Of a stretch of DNA of 64,000 bases, positions 50,472-63,152 are shown in pieces. Positions within the stretch are counted from its first letter, which is position 1. Each line of letters opens with the position of its first letter. The notes under the pieces were generated by a model, which was not told where the DNA came from, made no database searches, and saw only the letters and a list, made by a program, of their open reading frames with translations. The translations under genes were made by a program, and so were the position numbers. This DNA is from Podarcis gaigeae (lineage: Eukaryota): assembly GCA_964106915.2 (NCBI GenBank), contig OZ066923.1; one strand, given 5' to 3'.

Positions 50472-51224
50472 TAGGTCTGCTATATGTCTGGAAAATCCCT
50501 GACATACCAGGAAATTGGAAGCCTAAAATGGAGTACTGGGGAAATTTTTTGAATTTTAAGAGATGTCTGAAATTTCCCGTATGTGTGGAAATCTGGTTTT
50601 TTATTTCTGTTTTCTGTCACCCACGCACCCCCCCACTGAGTAGTGGAAGGAATGTCCCCACTTATGTGGGAGACCCAAAGGATGCTTGTGCCCCCAGCCT
50701 CCCCAAACACAACAGCCCCAACTGAGGAGGAGGAGGGGAGTGCGGAGGACAGTGGAAAGAGGGCAAGAGCAGCCCTGAGCACCCACCAACCATTGGGAAA
50801 GGGGAATAAAGATGACTCAATTATCCTGCTCCCAACTTCCTCCTTCCCCGAGAGCCATTGCTCGAAGCTGCCATGGCTGCTGCCTCGAGGAAGACAACCA
50901 CTCCCCTTTTCAGGATGCAGAGCAGGAGGCGAGGAGTCCTTCTAAAAGAGAACAGGGGACCTGTGGCTACTTGCTCAGGAGCAGGTCCAAAGGAACTAGT
51001 CTCCTCAGTCCCACTCTCCCAAAGTGGGGGGGAGGGGGGACTCTCAACAAAGAATTTCCATTCTTTCCCTGCTAGAAGAAGAATCAGCTCCTGGAGATGC
51101 TGGGGGCGGGGTGTTGGTTTTTTGGGTTTGGGGGGGGCGAGTCCATGCCAATGACCCTTCCCCCTGTTTTTTTTTTCCCTTTGGGAGTGTCAGGAATTTT
51201 ACTTTTTGAAATATGGCAAGCCTA
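50472..51224. mobile_element. Non-autonomous DNA transposon (hAT-like)
   Basis: Inverted termini TAGGTCTGCTATAT / ATATGGCAAGCCTA around a GC-richer interior. Confidence 0.6.
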
Positions 51225-52528
51225 CCTGCTGTCCTAGATGCATTTAGATTACAATAGCTGTGTACTCTTAATAGGTGGAAATGTTTTATATCAACCCATC
51301 AATATTGTTACCAACAGGCAGTATAGCAGAACCAAAGTGTACTGTCCACTGTGCACAATTAGGGTGTAGAGACAACACAGACATATGTTTACTCTACCCT
51401 GGGTCTATTAAGGATAAAGAAAAGAGAAAAACAACAGGTAAAAGGAACAAAACAGCATGGGCTGGCAAAATATGGCAGAATACCTACGATTTTGCACAAT
51501 ACTTGCAAATAAAGAGAGAGAGAGCTTTTAATCCCCAATACAGAGTCAACAAAAGTCACAAAGATACATAATTTCTTCTACTGTACTGGAAGGGAGGGAT
51601 TATTTAGCTTCCTGGTGCAATCAAGTGTAAGTGGCCTGCTGGTGGCTTCCAAGAGATACCGGCTTCAATTTTTTGAGAAGTATTAGCCTGCAGCGTTTTA
51701 CTAATATTATGAATAAGGGCTTTCAATTCAAGTATCTGACTACTTTTGTTTATTCTCTCTTCCAAACATTTCAAAGACTAAATAAAATATTCTCCCTGCA
51801 ACTCTTATCTGCCAAGATGGAGAGAGCTTCCTGAGTTTTCTCTATAACATATTAATATGGTACTTTATTTATGTATGTGGTTACATGTTCTTATATGTTG
51901 TTTCTTTTTATTGGTATCCCATTGCTTCATATGAAAAAGTATGTCTGCACAAAGGTATCATGACATACTGCTGCTTGCCATTAACTGAAGAGAAAACACA
52001 AATGTTCCAGACTAGAGGAGCTGTATTTAGGGAGATCTAGAAGTAAACGAAAACATATTGACAGTAGAAAATTTTAAGTGAAAATTGCTTTGTATGAAAA
52101 TAATGTTATAAACACTGGGTTGTATCCAACTGGACTTAGGTTAGTCATTAATTTAACTTGGTTTATTCTGAGAATAACCAATGTTGGATACAATGGGGTG
52201 GCAGAAAGCTAAGTGGGAAAGGGCTCAAGGAGATAAGTTAAACTAGCCCAATCCAAGTCATGGCAGCTCAAAGAACAAAGGTGGAGTACTAAAACCATGA
52301 GTGTGGGTGGGAGGGACAGGAGGATGTGCATGAAATGGTAGGGACTGAGGGTAGAAAAGCATAGCAGTGAGCATGGGTTTAGAATAAGAGGAAAGAGGGT
52401 TCATGGATGTACAGGAGGCAAGTGGGAGAACCTCCCATAGTTGTATGAACAGGAGTACCTGATTTTCACACGGATCAGAACCAACCAACCGAATGTGCAG
52501 GTTTCTGTTAAAACAAACATGGATTTAC

Positions 52529-52691
52529 CTTGATATTTTGGGCATCAACATTTGCTCCAGCTTCTAGAAGAAGACTAATCACTGTGGTATTTCCTGCTAG
52601 CACTGCCCAATGTAGTGCTGTGTTCTTATGATATTTGTCTCCCAGATTCACTGAAACGTTAAAAGTAAGTAGCAACCGAGTGGGGTCCACA
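52529..52691 (-). CDS. ZDHHC17: ZDHHC17 exon 7 (ankyrin repeats)
   Basis: VDPTRLLLTFNVSVNLGDKYHKNTALHWAVLAGNTTVISLLLEAGANVDAQNIK; 163 nt. Confidence 0.98.
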
Positions 52692-54147
52692 CTGCAAAAT
52701 AAAAGCAAAAATAAATCCATAAAAACATGGACTTATCATTATCTTCATATTAATCCAGGGATCAGATCCCCTTGGAGATAATTTATTTGATCAATACTAA
52801 TCAGATTTCTTTCTCCAGTATTAAAAGCACTAATGAGCAGGGGGAGGGGATTTTCTTCCATGGAACTCTATAAAATAAGTGTTAATGATTAGGGTTGGTA
52901 GTTTTACTCTCTGAGGCAGCATTTTATACAGAGAGCCCCAATTCCCAGAAGCGGTATATATAAAAAAAAGATCATTAGCAATTTTAAGACAAGACTAGAT
53001 ATTTGATCTGCATTGCATGAATTAATATTCTTCCCCCTCCTTATCTCAGATGCCCAGGGGTCAATTTCAACATGAAATCACAAAAATGACATTTCAGCTT
53101 ATATCTAGGATATTAACAGAGGGAGGGAGTGAAAACACATAGTTCAGTGGTCCCCAAATTGCTATGTGCTAGATGCCGTATGATTCTTAAATGTATTGTA
53201 TTACTTCTTTTATTTCTTATATTGTATTTTATTTCATTGTATTACAATTTGAATTCCATAGAATTAAAATTGTGTGTTCTTCACAGCCACAGACCATAGT
53301 CTGAAACCCCCCAACCTGGTTTAGACATACAATTGGACCTGCCTTCAAAATGTGATGTTCCTTCTTTCGAAAACAGTGTTACTATTTAGCCCCTTTCCAA
53401 AAGTTTTATTTTTCTTAACACAGACAATACTGGTGACAGTTCAATCTGAAGAATATTTGACTACTCAGAAAACACACAAAAAATAGCCACCTTCTGCTCA
53501 GAGTAGACTACTGAAATTAGCAGGGTTAGGTTAGTCATGTTCAAAACTTTTTTTCAGCCAGAGCTCACCAGAACACAGTTACAGCACCTTTCAGGTGGGT
53601 GCCATTGCCATAAGAGAACAAGGGAGGTGTTCATGGTGAGTTACGGTAACACTTTTTCTAGAAAAATAGAACTGATTATGACCACTCATTTCAAAAGGGC
53701 TTTATTGTGAGTACGTTTAATGTTGGATGTAGTCAGAAGATTTTGATTCTTCTTCTCCATAATAACCTAAAGTTGGGACAGAATCAAATTTTGAAAATGA
53801 GGGAGGTGCGCTGAACCTAGAAAATACCTTGTGTCTGTCTCTGAAGATGATAACTGGAAGGAAAGTGTGTAAAAAATCCACTTTGTGTAAATGCCACAAA
53901 GACAAATATTTTCAACATACGTCAACATAACATGTTAGGAATGTTGGTCCCAATGTGACATTCCTGTAATGCTGAATCAGTTTTCCTGCTCATGAATTCT
54001 TAGAAATAAAGCTCCCTTTACTAAAATAACAAAAAAAGATTAATCACCTCTAAGGTAAAAATATATTACACATTTTGTATTGTTCATTATTCTATTTGAT
54101 TAGTACAAAAAGCTTCAAATTGGTTTAGTTTTGAATGAGCAAATTAC

Positions 54148-54212
54148 CTGTGTGTTCTATAAGCTGCCCACATCAAAGGAGTCATTCCATTTTGATCCAT
54201 CATATCTACATC
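54148..54212 (-). CDS. ZDHHC17: ZDHHC17 exon 6
   Basis: DVDMMDQNGMTPLMWAAYRTH; 65 nt. Confidence 0.97.
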
Positions 54213-54327
54213 CTGATGAAAAGAGCAACAGTAATCAGACATGCACATTTATTGAAGTTGAAGAAAAAATATCAAGGACAAACTTCCAGATGTCTAGTCT
54301 GGAAGGGGTCAATAAATCATTATAAAC

Positions 54328-54465
54328 CAGGGGTAGGAACCTGTGGTCCTTTGGATGTTGTTGGACTCCCAACTTACATAAGCCCCAGTCACCATAGCCA
54401 ATGGCCCCAGATGAAGTGAACTGTAGTCCAGGAACATCTGGAGGACCACATGTTTCCCATCTCTG
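54328..54465. mobile_element. hAT-type MITE, related to 18395-18518
   Basis: CAGGGGTAGGAACCTGTGGTCC ... GGACCACATGTTTCCCATCTCTG inverted ends. Confidence 0.7.
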
Positions 54466-55099
54466 TTAAATGGTGTTAGATGGTACAGTGATGTAAATAA
54501 GCAAATATTTTAAATAGTGAGGTTTTCACACACTGCAAAATGCATAATAAACCACATTGTATGCATGTAATATAAGAGATCAAACATCATAATATATGCT
54601 ACAGCACCATCTGCTGTTACAACTCTGCCATTTTTGCAAATGAACTACCCAAATAATAATATGTACACCTTCCAATCAGAATTAACAATGAAGTAGGAAG
54701 AATGAAATAATCACACTGGGCAGGATCCAAAGAAATGTTCAACTGGTTCTGTGGACCCACTTTTGTTTCTTGAACAGATGGCTTCTATGCCACGTTTTAA
54801 ACAGCTTTCAAAGAGGAGGGAACCTTGTTATACATCATAGTTTTGTGCAATGTAAGAAAGTTAAGAATCAAGAATATTCCACTCTATAGGTACAAGACTT
54901 TGGCAGTTTGACTAAAAGAGTCTTTGGATGTGAACAATAATCTGAAATTCCTCGTGTTTAACAATATCATATTGGTTAAAATTAATCTACTGTTCAATCC
55001 TTTTAAGAGTCACAGATGCTTCAGAAATAATCTGCAAACTTGAAAACCATGAAGATTTGATACAGGTCCATTAGATGTAACTTTGAGCCCTGCTTGTCC

Positions 55100-55485
55100 C
55101 ATGACATTAAAGGCTCATTAAAGGGCCAGTGGGTTATGGGTCGAGTGGATAAAGGGGGTGGTCAATGCCTCGCTTAAAACAAGGCAGGGTCTCAGCATTT
55201 ATAAGACCCATACGAATTGAAAAAGCCCTTCCTGAATCCCACCATACTGGATAATTATTGGCAAGTTTCCAATATCCCATTTACTGTATGGGGAAGGTAC
55301 TGGGATGTGTGGTAGTATCTCAGCTCCATGGGTTTCTTGATGAGATGGATTATCTAGATCCATTTCAATATGGTTTCAGGCCTGGTTATGGGAAACAGAC
55401 AGCTTTGGTCACCTTGATGGATGACTTACAACAGGGAATTGAACTGGGGGAATGTCCTTGTTGATTCTGCTAGACCTCAACTCTG
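55100..55485 (+). mobile_element. L2-like reverse transcriptase fragment
   Basis: YLDPFQYGFRPGYGKQTALVTLMDDL matches the non-LTR RT Q.GFR..STETAL motif. Confidence 0.8.
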
Positions 55486-56199
55486 ACTGCTAGACCGTGG
55501 TGCTTCATCTGCACAGACCTTATATTTCATACGTACATTTTATTAAGCAGATGCACTATCTAGAATACAAATCTAAGAAAAATGTACAGCAATCAGCAGC
55601 AGGAAAAAAAATTGTGATGCATGACGGTCTGTATCTGATCATGTTATACTCAAAACTGACCATCAGAATAGACCCACTAAAGATCATTAATGTTAATGGG
55701 TTTATTCAGAGTATAACTTGGTCAGGCGCAACCCAATGGATTGCATCCAACCAAGTTGTACTTGGAATAAGCCATGTTAACTAATATCGAATACAATATC
55801 ATTAACAATTCTGAGGAGAAAATACATTTGAATTATAGCTCCCTACCCTTTAGATCTAGGTAAACCAGAGACATACATGAACAATGTACCTTAAGAATGG
55901 AACATCCTTAACATTAATTATTTTTTTGGATTACACATTGAAATTTTACCTAGCTATACTCTATTTTCCTTCCCAGTCCTTTTTCTTTTTAAGACTGTGC
56001 ACTTTCAGGTAGAGACTGCTTTATCTTTTAATACAAGTGCAACACTTAAAAAAACTTACTGACCTTATAACTGCTTGTTATCTTACTCTTCATCATCATC
56101 ATCAATGAAAAGGAGAACAAATTAGTGTTTAACAGTAGAATGTCTTGGCCAAAAAATGTCAAAAAAATTATCTCCACCTAATTAAATTCTGTAATAATG

Positions 56200-56389
56200 T
56201 GGACAGGATCCATTCTGGAGCTCCAGTCAGATCCCGAGGTTTCTGCAACCAGAGGGACTGCTTCTGCCCATGCGTGTGGCGCTATAGAGCACTTCTAAGC
56301 ATGCGCGCGTGGCGAAACACTTCCGCATTGCCGCTTTCACAACCCAAAGTTTACGTTACCCGAGGGTAATGTAAGCCAAGGTGCTACTG
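56200..56389. mobile_element. Truncated Tigger-like MITE
   Basis: Right TIR CCAAGGTGCTACTG + TA; CpG-rich interior; left TIR not seen. Confidence 0.55.
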
Positions 56390-56714
56390 TAGAAGAGCTC
56401 AGAGAGAAACATGGAGTAAAATGTGGAGGTCCTACTGCTTAGGTATGGTACAACTGATCAAGGGTTTTTATTCAAACAATGCAAAATTGATGATGCAATC
56501 CTAAGCATGATTAATTCAGAAACAACTTTTACTGAATCAAACAAGATTTGCTGTGAGGTAAGCGTGCAAAGAATTACAGCTCTAATAGTAGCTTATTAAT
56601 CTGGAGAACAACTTCATTATGTGATATATAAGGATGTGTTTTAAAAACCCAGGAAGACTGGGTCTTTAAATTCTACCACCACTAAAAACTACAGAAAGTT
56701 AAGTACATACATAC

Positions 56715-56859
56715 CTGCCCCTTGGCTATTAAATAAGCAACTATTGAGGTATGTCCAAACTGAGCTGCCAAGTGAATACAACTACATCCTTCCCCATCAA
56801 TTAATGATGGATCTGCACCGTATTTCATTAGCTGTACAACCATTGATAAATGACCCTGT
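56715..56859 (-). CDS. ZDHHC17: ZDHHC17 exon 5
   Basis: [48 protein letters not shown]; 145 nt. Confidence 0.98.
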
Positions 56860-57188
56860 CTGAAATAATAAGAATATAAGATTGAAAAAGCTTTAGACTG
56901 TAGTAAACCACATTAAGAACTTTACATTGACAAACATTAAGGTTCAACAAATCAAGAACTCAAAAACAGGGTTTGCAATGTATTTTGAATCCTAGTTAAG
57001 CAACACAGGTTTATTTTTATTTTGGTACAAATAAATGCACATATAGAAGGAAACATGTATCTGATCCCCTGATATCTGGCAGGGTCTTCTATCCACTAGA
57101 CACTTTGTCCTAAGTTAAGGAAGACAACAGGGTTCCACAAGTAGAAAGATGATGCAATGGAAAAAAACAGGGCAAACTCATAAGAGCG

Positions 57189-57431
57189 AGGTCATTTCGA
57201 CACCATAAATTTAAAGCAATTTTATACCACTTTAACTGTCATGACTTCATTCTAAGAATCCTGAGATCTGCAGTTTGTTGCGGATGCTGGGAATTGTAGC
57301 TCTGGGAGGTGCCTCCAAACAACTCTCAGCACTCATAACAAACTACAGCTCCCAGGAGTTTTGTGGCAGGGCAAGCCATGACTGCCAAAGTGGTATAAGA
57401 GTGCTTTAAATGTATGGCGAGGATGTGACCT
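57189..57431. mobile_element. Palindromic MITE
   Basis: Long imperfect inverted ends AGGTCA..ATTTAAAGCA..TTATACCACTTT / AAAGTGGTATAA..TGCTTTAAAT..TGACCT. Confidence 0.7.
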
Positions 57432-57859
57432 GAATAAGCCACACAATGCAATAGCTGTGTTTGGAGCACATGTGTGCCAGCTGTTTATTCGAGTCACACA
57501 ATCCTGCGTGGGTTTTTGGGTTTTGTTCCAAGAACTCAAAAACATCCTCCCACCCCAATTTTTTAACTGCTCAAGAGTAAGCTACTTTAAATATACTTAG
57601 TCAACTTGTCCTTTTGTCAAAACCACACTGAAGATAAGAATTTTATTTGGGGTATTTTTAGTCATTAAAATTTGGACAGCCAAGCACCTGGAAGTTCTAT
57701 CTTTCTGTAACTTAACCAATCTGTTTTTAAAACTTCTACATGGTTTTTATTGTCTATGATAGATTTTTAAATATTTTGTTCTGAATAGCAGTATACAAAT
57801 ATATTCATACTATCTATAAACAGACTATCTATAAATAAAATCAAGAGAAGGACATGAGT

Positions 57860-58350
57860 GAAAGTGCCTTTCTGTCACTGTTGTTCCCCAGCAACTGATA
57901 ATCAGTAGCATGCAGCCTCCAATCCTGAAGGCAATATATAATCATTAATATTAGGAATTGAGAGCATTATCCTGCATTAATTCGCTTAACCCCCTTTTAA
58001 AGCTATCCAAGTTGGTGGCCATTACTGCATCTTTTGGTAATAAAAGCCTTAGTTTAACTATGCACTGTCAAGAAGTACTTCTTTCTGTCTGCCCTGACTC
58101 ACCTACCATTCAACATCACTGGATGATGATGACAGAATGGAAAAACATCTTCATATCCATTTTCTTCACACCCTGCATAATTTTATTTGCATTTATCATG
58201 CCTGTCCCCCCCTTATCTCCCCCCCCCCCCAAGGAAGAAACCCCAAACTTGTAACCTTTCTACATGAGGACATTTCTCCAGCCCCTTGATCATTTTGGTT
58301 GCATTGGCTACATCTTTTCCAGCTCTTTAATGTCCTCTCTGAGATGCAGT
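57860..58350 (-). mobile_element. Old CR1-like LINE fragment
   Basis: Resembles the CR1 ORF2 3' region (CCCCTTTTAAAGCTATCCAAGTTGGTGGCCAT; CCCTTGATCATTTTGGTTGC). Confidence 0.55.
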
Positions 58351-58413
58351 GATTAATAATCATCAAATTTCCTCTGACAAAACTGAAGAGAAAAGCGCTG
58401 AAATCTTCCCCAC

Positions 58414-58491
58414 CTTGTTGCCCAGTGAAGTGGTGTGGAGTTCAGGTCCCCTCCTAGCTGGTCAACAATAGCACCTTTTGATATGTAGTAC
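58414..58491 (-). CDS. ZDHHC17: ZDHHC17 exon 4
   Basis: [25 protein letters not shown]; 78 nt. Confidence 0.97.
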
Positions 58492-59539
58492 CTGCAGTCA
58501 TAAAACAGGTGCAAATGTAGTAATGCAAAAAAGTAATTAAAGACATGGTTATAAAGAGGTGTAACACATTAAGAGCAACTATGGAAATGAATATAATTTC
58601 ACAGCTCGCCCAGTAATTATGTTCTCTTTTATAACAGTGGCTTAAGATTAAGGAGAAACCAGGTACTTTTAGTGACTAGAGGTTAAATAACATATTTGTA
58701 ATTATCATTTATTTTAATATACAGCAATTAACTAATGAAAAAAGTTTTGACATGGGAGAGTATCCATGCTATCAGCATTACTTTTTGACTGAGGAAAGAA
58801 AATCACACCACACACAAGTCCATATCCACTGTAGAGAGGAAACACTGCAATTTACAACATCACAACTCAAGGCGCACCCTCAGAAGTCTTACGGGCAGTG
58901 TAAAGCCAGTGTCCAACATCAACCTCCTTGTGCACTGAGGTCATCTGCAATGCTTTCTTTTGATGCCCCTCACTGATGAGGTGGATGATGACTGGAGAAA
59001 GGATATTTTCGGTTGTGACACACCATTTATGGAATTTCTCCCCCAAGAATGCTTGTCTGATGCCTATGCATCTATCTCTTCATTGACAAAACAACACCTT
59101 TCTATTCTTCGGGGCCTTAAAAGCAATGTTTTTCATTTGTTGGTTTTTCTACATTTATCTTTTTTTTTAAAATGGTCTCCCTATTCTGCTTTCTTGAGGT
59201 TTTTTGTTTTGTTCATAGAATATATATAATCTTATGAATAAAATCTCAGAAGTTGCATTTCTATAGAGCTCATCAATATGAGCAAACTGATATCTACAGT
59301 TCTAGTGAAATCCATAGCTATTAGGAGGCTGCATAAGAAGTCTGTTGATGGTCCGCCTCCCCTCCGCACTAAGCAGTGTTCCTGTGATTCTCTGATGACC
59401 TGCCTAACAGCAGATCCTTTTCAGATCAGTTAACACATGTAATGGAACATCACTGCACAGGAAAATTGAAATATACTGTTAAAAAAATGACAACCAAAAG
59501 CCATAAGTAATGTTGACTTCATTTTTGGTATCAACTATA

Positions 59540-60140
59540 TTTATTTATTTGGAAATATTTATAAGCTATTAATCAGAGCAGTATGCATCATAAAATTGTA
59601 GTTAAAACACACCTAACACCTTCAAAACTATTTAAAAACAATATACATGAAATAATTATCATTACCACACAGATAAAATCAATAGGCAAGGAGTTGCAAA
59701 GGACATGTACTGCTACACTAAAACAGCGACTCCTTGCAAATGCAGAACAAATACTATGTGGCACTTGTAAAAGTGCAAGTTCTGCAGATATAAGCAGTCA
59801 ACTAGGCATGTGTAGGCAATGTGATTCTTGAAGTAAACTGGCCCTAAGTTGTTATGACCTTTATATACAATTAGTAAAACCTTGAATTTGGACCAGAAAC
59901 AAACTGGCAGCCAGTGCAAATCTTTGAGCACATGTATAATATGTTGACAGAATCTCATTCCCATCAGTAATCATGATGCAGCGTTCTGCACGAACTGCAG
60001 TTTCCAGATCAGCCACAAGGCAAGCTCCACATAAAAGTGCATTGTAGTAATGCAACCTTGAAGGAACCAATGTGGCCAAGAAGGGTCAAACTCTTATACC
60101 TGCAGAAGTTGGTAGAATGAAGCTTTGGCGAGTGACACAA
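59540..60140 (-). mobile_element. L2-like LINE 3' fragment
   Basis: LKDLHWLPVCFWSKFKVLLIVYK and LVPSRLHYYNALL match L2 ORF2 C-terminal motifs. Confidence 0.75.
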
Positions 60141-60273
60141 AACCACGCAGTAGAAAAAGTAATAGCTATTTAAATTACTTTGCTTCGATGCACTCATTTA
60201 TTCCAATATAGCAGGGTTTTACTGATGTATGCTTCTAATGATGAATTCATTTTGGTAGCAGAGTACTACTTAC

Positions 60274-60396
60274 TTCACTAAATCTAATCTATTGTTGATT
60301 GCAGCCCAGTGAAGAAGTGTAACATTTTCTTTATCTGGTTGCCGTACATCGTAGCCCGCTTCCACCAACTCTCGACAACGTTCATAAATTCCATAC
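60274..60396 (-). CDS. ZDHHC17: ZDHHC17 exon 3
   Basis: [40 protein letters not shown]; 123 nt. Confidence 0.98.
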
Positions 60397-61375
60397 CTAG
60401 ACAAAAGATTCCATTATGATAATCAGATATTTTCGACAAATAAAGACAAAGCAGATTTGAATCCTAATAGCTTATTTTGTATATACTGTGTCTGTGCTTT
60501 TAAAAACATAGGACACAATCTATAAAAAATACCAGTGTGTCCCCATGGAGCTCAGTTACTTTATTTTCCTTCCTCAGATGTTCCTTGATGCGAGCTGTAG
60601 TTTATTCACAATCTACCCTTCACATACTTCCAAGGTCCCAGATGTCAAGTTGTGCTTGCCCTTCACAATCAATTACTTCAATAAAAACTGAATACATTTT
60701 CAGTACTGAAACCAAGGTGAGGCCAAATTTGTTGGTCATATTAGATTAATTACAGTAAAAATGTATACTTTATGATACTGTTGCAAGCCTTGCATTTTAC
60801 TGTTTCTAAATACTTAAGCAAATGGAGCAAGATCTAATTAAGTCATACCTGGAGTAAACCTACTGAAATAAGTGAAAATTTACCTGCCCATTGATTTCAA
60901 TAGTTCTACTCCAAGTAGGACAAACATTGGATATCACCCATGCTTAATTACCCTCAACTACATTTCTGCTCTTCAAGTAGTTTTTCTATAAATGTGTATA
61001 TGTACAGAGAGACATAAATATCTGAACACATAAACGTATTCCACTGCATCTATGTTAAAGTACAGTGCATGTAATTCTCAAATACAGGAGTTCACAACAG
61101 CAAAAGTATCAGTACTCCATAGAATGAAAAGAAAAAAGGCTCTTCAGCTGAATATACAGTAGATCTGCAACTTACGTGGCAGTTATGCCAAAATTGTGTA
61201 TTGTCAAAACCCATTTGATTCAATGGCAGGTGGGATTGCCAAAGTCATTTTCCCCCAAACGCCACCCTTTTTCTTTTCTTTTTTGCCACTCAGATAACGT
61301 TGAATGTGCACAAGTTAAATGCATGCAAGTTAGAATACTTAAACTTATTACAGTGTCTTGTAAGACTCCATACTA

Positions 61376-61606
61376 CAGTGGTACCTTGGGTTAAGAACTT
61401 AATTCGTTCTGGAGGTCCGCTCTTAACCTGAAACTGTTCTTCACCTGAAGCACCACTTTAGCTAATGGGGCTTCCCACTGCTGCTGCATGATTTCTGTTC
61501 TCATCCTGAAGCAAAGTTCTTAACCCGAGGTACTACTTCTGGATTAGCAGAGTCTGTAACCTGAAGCATCTGTAACCTGAAGTGTCTGTAACCCGAGGTA
61601 CCACTG
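61376..61606. mobile_element. Tigger/pogo-like MITE
   Basis: TA + CAGTGGTACCTTGGGTTA ... TAACCCGAGGTACCACTG; internal TAACCTGAAG repeats. Confidence 0.85.
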
Positions 61607-62443
61607 CAGTTTAGACAAAATGGTTTTCAGGTTTACTTTTACACATACAAATGCAAAATTGAGGTTTACTTTGCATAACTAAAGCAAAAGTAACATAAAC
61701 CTTCAATCTACTATAAACCATTGATTTTGGGCTTTATTATTAACTAAATGCACAATCTTAGCTTGTTCAGGGACAGCAGAGAAGAAAATTAGTGTTCAGA
61801 TATTAAAACACCATTGCTATTTTTAGGCAAAACATTAGATGGTGCTCACTTCTACATTTCTCTTAAGTATGAAACAGCTTTTACTAATATCCTAAGGTGA
61901 AACACTAATATCACCATTTATATTTGCATGAAATCTTTTTCCAGCTGTTATCCAGTTTAACTTACAACCTGAAACTGGATCTTGGGAACAGAAGGGAGAT
62001 AATTCATCTTCAATTTTATCTCATTTTCCTCTCTAAGTTATCACATTTGTAAGACAAACACCTTTATTCTAGTATTACAGCTATGGGAAGAACAATGCAT
62101 ACTCTGCATGACCGTGATTCTATTAAGTAAATCTTAACACTAGACTGTGAAGAGGGGGGAAGTATAGAAGAGATTAAATACAAATTCCTCTTCTCTTGGC
62201 ACTTCCATTATTAAAACTGCTGTTGGTGGCTCTCTGCATAGGTACCTCCTTGAATGAAGAGATGTGGTTCAAGTTAAGTATAATAACATCTGAGAAATGA
62301 GAGAAGGAAGACAAATAGCTACATCAATCAAGGTGTGCTGTTTCCATGGTATAGTGCAGGGGTCACCAATGTATCACCTACAAGCACCAGTGTTCTGCCA
62401 ATACTTCCTATGTCTGCAAAAGGTCTCAGTAAATGTCCTCTCA

Positions 62444-62548
62444 AAACTCCACAATGCACAAGTGGAAACAAAGAGCAAACAGTCACTTGTGCATTGTGGA
62501 GTTTGTGGAGTGCACAAGTGACTGTTTGCTCTTTGTTTCCACTTGTGC
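62444..62548. repeat. Nested perfect inverted repeats (21 bp and 38 bp)
   Basis: 62444-62464 pairs with 62484-62504; 62456-62493 pairs with 62511-62548. Confidence 0.95.
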
Positions 62549-63048
62549 TGGGTTAGTCTCTCATACACTGAACACAGCCCCTTAAACATGTCCACATTTC
62601 AGTGGATACCAGGATTGGACACCCACCCTCCCATCTTCCTACTTTCTCACTTTAACAGTTGGTAGCAACAGCTGCAGCATTAGGAGAGTAACAGGGCAAA
62701 AGCATATATTGTAGTAATGGCTGCTGTCTTTGCAGTGTTAAGTAGCTGGCAGGAAGAGGGTAGTAGGGGTGGCGAACAGAGGACTGGTGAAATGTAACTG
62801 GGCAAATATACTCTGTGTTGCTTTTATTCTAATTATTTTAACACTCACATTATTGGATTCTTAAACTGAAGCTACAGACAAACAAGACTGAAGTGCGTTT
62901 GCATACGCTTTCTTTCCTCCAAAGACTTTTCAAGAAGTACCAGTCCAAAATTGCTGTTCCGTTCCTCAAAATCTTTATGCAGACATTTTCAGAGGATTGT
63001 TTTCCACATGGTGCCAAAATAGACAAGCTGTCAAATAAACCCACTTAC

Positions 63049-63152
63049 TGTGTAGCTTTGACGATATCCCATGTGCTATAATCATCAATGTGACTTTTGC
63101 GCCCAAGAGATTCACTGTATCCATGGGTATAATGTGCTTGGGGCTTGATTTC
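63049..63152 (-). CDS. ZDHHC17: ZDHHC17 exon 2 (exon 1 is outside the window)
   Basis: EIKPQAHYTHGYSESLGRKSHIDDYSTWDIVKAT; 104 nt; TAG acceptor and GTAAGT donor. Confidence 0.97.

Noticed and set aside
50522-50531. Second perfect CArG box
   Set aside because: Inside a DNA transposon in a ZDHHC17 intron; chance-level.
58998-59006. ATATCCTTT U12-like donor in intron 3
   Set aside because: No adjacent exon or matching branch/AC site was seen; treated as background.
61550-61600. Spaced TAACCTGAAG repeats resembling an array
   Set aside because: Subterminal repeats of a Tigger-like MITE in a eukaryotic genome, not CRISPR.
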